A stretch of 29,048 nt of DNA, from assembly GCA_020717885.1 (NCBI GenBank), contig DYDN01000001.1, forward strand, positions 1 through 29,048, in the 5' to 3' direction. The DNA comes from Candidatus Forterrea sp. (GTDB lineage Archaea; Iainarchaeota; Iainarchaeia; Iainarchaeales; JAAZKV01). How positions within the stretch are numbered: the first letter of the stretch is position 1; each line of letters begins with the position of its first letter. Made by a program: the position numbers and the translations under genes. This document shows positions 25,499 to 29,048 of the stretch, piece by piece. The notes under the pieces are model-generated. The model saw only the letters and a program-made list of their open reading frames with translations, did no database searches and was not told the DNA's origin.

Positions 25499-27061
25499 TT
25501 AGCGTAGTTTCACAATAGTCCCGTTGTCAAGGTTTATTTCCACCATGTCTCCTGTCCTTAGTACTTCAGTGGCAATTTTAGTTCCTACGATGCAAGGTGT
25601 TTTTAGTTCTCTTGAAACTATTGCAGCGTGGGTGGTTATTCCGCCTTCGTTTGTGATTATTGCAAGGGCTTTTTTCATGAGTGGCACAAATTCGGGGCGC
25701 GTCATTCCTGTTACAAGTATTTCCCCCTGCTCAAAATAGTCTTTAGACGGGTCATAAAGTATTCTTACTCTTCCCCTTATTTTGCGTTTTCCTTCTCCTC
25801 TTGATGCAACCATTCCTTCAATGACTGATTTGGAAGTTAATTCTTCGCGTTGTTGTTTAAAATAATTCCAAACAAATTCGCTTTCTTTGCCAACTACAAA
25901 CTCGGTTTTTGGTTCATCGCCTTTAAGGTAAGAGACATATGCTGCAGAATATCTTTCAGTTAATACGTTTTGAGTAAGCCTTTTTTGTTTCTGAAATAAA
26001 TCAACGATTTCCGTTATTCTGTATTTGTATAATTCTTCAAGAGGCACCCCAAAGTCTTTCTCCGCTCTTGTTAATACAAGCCCTATACAATGTCCGAGTC
26101 TTTGGAGGCATACTTTTCTTGCATCTTGAAGAATTGAGAAGAATCTTATTAATTCAAAGAATTCCTGTTGGCTTTTTGATAATTTGTGCTGTTTTATGGC
26201 CTCTTCAATTAGGCCGATAATCTTTACTGGTTTTTCTTCAAGTCTTTTTTTCTCTAGTGTGATTTCGTCAATATTTTTCCCAGAAATTAAGTCGGAGGCT
26301 GAGTTAAAGAAGTATTTCTCGTCAAGTTGTACTGCTCTATTGAATCCGTTGTGCATCCACTGGAATCTAAAGGTGTGCTCTTTTAGAAGCCCCATGAATT
26401 TTTTGTTCTTTGATGCCTCTTCAAAGTTTTTATTAGATATTGCTTTTAGCAATAATTTATCATCCACAGACTTTAGTATGCTATCAAATAAGTCTATGCA
26501 TTCATTTTCCGCATTGGAGTGCTCTGTCGGCGTGCTGAGTAGTACAACAAGCTCGGACTGATTCATCTTTGTGTTCTTTGGGATGTGTTCTTCAAAATCC
26601 TTTGTGCCCAGTGCGTCCGCGCTGTCGGATATTATGGAATATCCATAAAACTCTTTTCCGAGGGCGTGTATTTTTTTATAAAGGTCAATAATTTTGTTAC
26701 TTTCCAAGCTTTGGAAGCCGTCTTTTAGTGACTCATTATATAGTCTTTCAATCTCAATTGAAACTCCATCAAATTTCTTCCTTTGTGAGAGCAGGTGCTG
26801 TTTATTCTCAGTCCATGCTTGCAGGAAGTGCTCAAACATTTTTATTGATTCGTCTGCTGGTTTTTGCTCAAAACAGTAATCTCCTTCGAATGAGTAGACA
26901 TTCATAGTGTAAAATTCTTTCTTATACGTGCGGGACGCTTCAAAGTGGCAAGTCTTCCAATGGTCCATAAATTGTATTGAAGCTTTTGCCTCTTCATGTA
27001 TCCATTTGTGTGAGTCAAGCATCTTTTTTATTTGCTCAATTGTAGGCTCCATAAGACTCAC
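25499..27061 (-). CDS. Stand-alone PEP-utiliser: helical N-terminal domain plus C-terminal phospho-His swivel domain (paralog 2)
   Basis: C-terminal GMVASRG...GEILVTGMTRPEF...TNEGGITTHAAIVSRELKTPCIVGT; start GTG 27061 or ATG 27052. Confidence 0.85.
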   Translation of the reverse strand: MSLMEPTIEQIKKMLDSHKWIHEEAKASIQFMDHWKTCHFEASRTYKKEFYTMNVYSFEGDYCFEQKPADESIKMFEHFLQAWTENKQHLLSQRKKFDGVSIEIERLYNESLKDGFQSLESNKIIDLYKKIHALGKEFYGYSIISDSADALGTKDFEEHIPKNTKMNQSELVVLLSTPTEHSNAENECIDLFDSILKSVDDKLLLKAISNKNFEEASKNKKFMGLLKEHTFRFQWMHNGFNRAVQLDEKYFFNSASDLISGKNIDEITLEKKRLEEKPVKIIGLIEEAIKQHKLSKSQQEFFELIRFFSILQDARKVCLQRLGHCIGLVLTRAEKDFGVPLEELYKYRITEIVDLFQKQKRLTQNVLTERYSAAYVSYLKGDEPKTEFVVGKESEFVWNYFKQQREELTSKSVIEGMVASRGEGKRKIRGRVRILYDPSKDYFEQGEILVTGMTRPEFVPLMKKALAIITNEGGITTHAAIVSRELKTPCIVGTKIATEVLRTGDMVEINLDNGTIVKLR

Positions 27062-27086
27062 GCAAAATACTATTAAATAATATTAG

Positions 27087-27752
27087 TTACTTCTTTAATT
27101 CAATCTCTTGCCCGGGATTTAGGATTATGCAGTTGATTCCAGCTTTTTTGAGGGCGTCTTTGAACGCGTTTGCGTTTGCTTTTATAGCATCGAAGGTATT
27201 GTAATGGATTGGAATAATATTTTTTGCCTTTAGCAGTTTTGCGGCTTCAACTGCTTGAGTGGCATTCATCGTGAATACCCCTTCTATGGGCAAAAAAGCG
27301 TAGTCGATTGGGTATTGTTCGCCAATTAGTTTCATGTCTCCAAACAAGCCCGTATCTCCCGCATGGTAAATAGTTATTCCTTCTTTTTGAAGTATAAACC
27401 CCGAAGGGTTTGAAGTAGCTGAATGGGTTGCAAAAGTCATCGTGATTTTCCACCCGTTTTGGCTTATAGTGCCCCCTATGTTTAAAGGATTAATTGCTAT
27501 GCCCTTTTGTGCAAATTCCATTGCCATATCAAAGTTGCAAACAATAGTTGCTTTTTTCTCAAGTGCCAGTTCTTCAACACCGAATAAATGGTCAAGGTGG
27601 CTGTGTGTTATACACAAAACCTCAAGGTTCTTGTCAGAGTCAGATAGTTCTGTGGGGGGTTTCATCCCGAATTGGGGTATTTCTTTAATCCACGGATCAA
27701 CCATTAGGTTGTCTATCTTTACTGTTGCGTGCCCAATAAACTTTGCTTTCAT
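27087..27752 (-). CDS. Metallo-beta-lactamase fold hydrolase (UPF0173/YtkL-like)
   Basis: FIGHA, VDPW, THSHLDH, YHAGDT and IPIHYNTF motifs; ATG 27752 follows AGGTGA. Confidence 0.9.
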   Translation of the reverse strand: MKAKFIGHATVKIDNLMVDPWIKEIPQFGMKPPTELSDSDKNLEVLCITHSHLDHLFGVEELALEKKATIVCNFDMAMEFAQKGIAINPLNIGGTISQNGWKITMTFATHSATSNPSGFILQKEGITIYHAGDTGLFGDMKLIGEQYPIDYAFLPIEGVFTMNATQAVEAAKLLKAKNIIPIHYNTFDAIKANANAFKDALKKAGINCIILNPGQEIELKK

Positions 27753-27814
27753 AATTTCACCTTTATTAAATCCTGCCTGCAAAGAAGTTAATAATTGCCC
27801 GCTATATAGCGGAA

Positions 27815-28462
27815 TCAGGCGCTTTTGGCAAGTTCTTTCATTAGGGCGCGCTCTGTTTTGCGTAAATGGTCTTTTAGTGTGCTGAATGGAATTCCTAGTT
27901 TCTTGCTTAATTCACTGAGGCTTATTCTTCTTGGGTATTCATAATACCCTGCTTCAACCGCTTTTTTCCACCAGTTAAATCCAATTGCATCAGATTCATT
28001 CAGCTTGGGCTGGAAGAATATGTTATATTTCCTTTTCTTTATGCTCAAAAGTTCAATAGTTGCGAAATCTTTTTTTGAGTTTACTTTTTCATAAAACTCC
28101 AAAAGATTTTCTTTTTTGTTGCTTCCTATTGTCCACCACTGGAAACCCTTTTCCTCAAGAATTGGTTCTAAAAAGAAAATATTTCTGTCAGAAACCATGG
28201 TGTGAAAGGACCTTATCGCGTCCTGGGTAAAAAACAATTGGTCTCCCTCGCGGTGAATAACTTTAACTCTGGGTTCTTTAGACACTTCCTCAATAACCTT
28301 TTCTTTGTCTTTCCCCCAAAAAGTAGCCACTCGCATTATTTTAGGCACTCCGTCTTCTTCAAAATTGTTAAGATACTGCGAAACCGCGTGCATATCATAC
28401 TTGTCGCATAACATTAGCAGCGGACTGTTTTTGTGCCAAACCTTGAAATGTGCAACCCACAT
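27815..28462 (-). CDS. Bat/HTH_10-type transcriptional regulator
   Basis: C-terminal AVEAGYYEYPRRISLSELSKKLGIPFSTLKDHLRKTE; N-terminal putative sensor domain; divergent from livH. Confidence 0.88.
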   Translation of the reverse strand: MWVAHFKVWHKNSPLLMLCDKYDMHAVSQYLNNFEEDGVPKIMRVATFWGKDKEKVIEEVSKEPRVKVIHREGDQLFFTQDAIRSFHTMVSDRNIFFLEPILEEKGFQWWTIGSNKKENLLEFYEKVNSKKDFATIELLSIKKRKYNIFFQPKLNESDAIGFNWWKKAVEAGYYEYPRRISLSELSKKLGIPFSTLKDHLRKTERALMKELAKSA

Positions 28463-28584
28463 TAAAATATCCCGCTAGATTTGGGCAAAATCTTTATTTA
28501 AGGGTTGCGCGGGAGGGGCTTTTTTGGAGGGGGGTTATTTTTAAGTATTGAAAAGCAGTTGTTTTGTAGAGTTTTGGTGTTGAA

Positions 28585-28950
28585 ATGTCGCTAGTATTGC
28601 AGCTCTTAATGAATGGCCTTATTGCGGGCGCGATTTATGCGCTTGTGGCTTCGGGGTTCTCGTTAATTTACTCGACAAATAAATTCGTGCACTTCGCTCA
28701 CGGCTCGGCTGTTGCAGTTAGCGCGTATTTCCTTTACCTGCTCTTCTCAATGCTCGGCTTAGAGTTCTTCTTAAGTATTTTTTTAGTGGTTCTTTTCGCA
28801 GGCGCATTTGGCTTGCTCATGGATAAAGCAGTTTATTCGCAATTACGAAAAAGAAAAGCTTCCGGTTTAATTCTTCTCATTGCGAGGGCTTTGTTGAAAG
28901 TCCGTGTTTTTGTTTGTAAAGGGGCTTTTTTATGCCCCAATAGTGTTTAG
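28585..28950 (+). pseudogene. livH: Truncated branched-chain amino acid ABC permease LivH (first ~100 codons)
   Basis: QLLMNGLIAGAIYALVASGFSLIY...FAHG...YSQLRKR matches the LivH N-terminus. Similarity stops at LLIA (28884) and is followed by an unrelated 21-aa tail; LivH is normally about 290 aa. Confidence 0.75.
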
Positions 28951-29048
28951 GTTATTGGGGTTTGGAGAACCAATTGAGGTGGTTTCCTGATGAATTGTAA
29001 TAGCTAATCTCTTAAATAATGGAACATTTTTGGCATAGCTTTAGTGTT
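28887..29048. mobile_element. Possible end of an IS5-family (IS903-like) element inserted in livH
   Basis: GGCTTTGTTGAA at 28887-28898 matches the first 12 nt of the IS903 terminal IR as I recall it, and begins exactly where LivH similarity ends; no transposase is visible in the window. Confidence 0.4.

Noticed and set aside
28976-29007. SD-like GAGGTG followed by ATG 28990 as a possible transposase start
   Set aside because: The frame closes after five codons

Overview
An archaeal window, most likely from a DPANN lineage. This is inferred from gene content: a separate two-subunit primase, a Methanococcales/DPANN-type S-layer protein and expanded stand-alone PEP-utiliser genes, which suggests Iainarchaeota/Micrarchaeota-like. 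The left part (160-6165) is a trimmed version of the conserved replication/translation cluster (PCNA, PriL, PriS, GINS, aIF2-alpha, PAC2) plus a Cys-free family-4 uracil-DNA glycosylase. The middle (6223-14688) is a cell-envelope block: BofA-like protein, wHTH fusion, S-layer gene with a structured upstream region, processive GT2, thioredoxin-like protein and a GT-C glycosyltransferase. Housekeeping genes follow (truD, aRF1, pyrH, dph2). The right part (19381-29048) is the most unusual. An intein-containing PEP synthase is followed by two ATP-grasp-less phospho-histidine 'swivel' domain proteins that flank a divergent histidine-phosphatase-fold protein, then an MBL hydrolase and a Bat-type HTH regulator. 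This block is bracketed by broken pieces of a Liv-type ABC transporter: a start-less substrate-binding-protein C-terminus, and a livH cut exactly at an IS903-like terminal repeat. The leading hypothesis is an uncharacterised phospho-histidine write/carry/erase module. All family calls come from motifs recognised by eye; no database searches were run.
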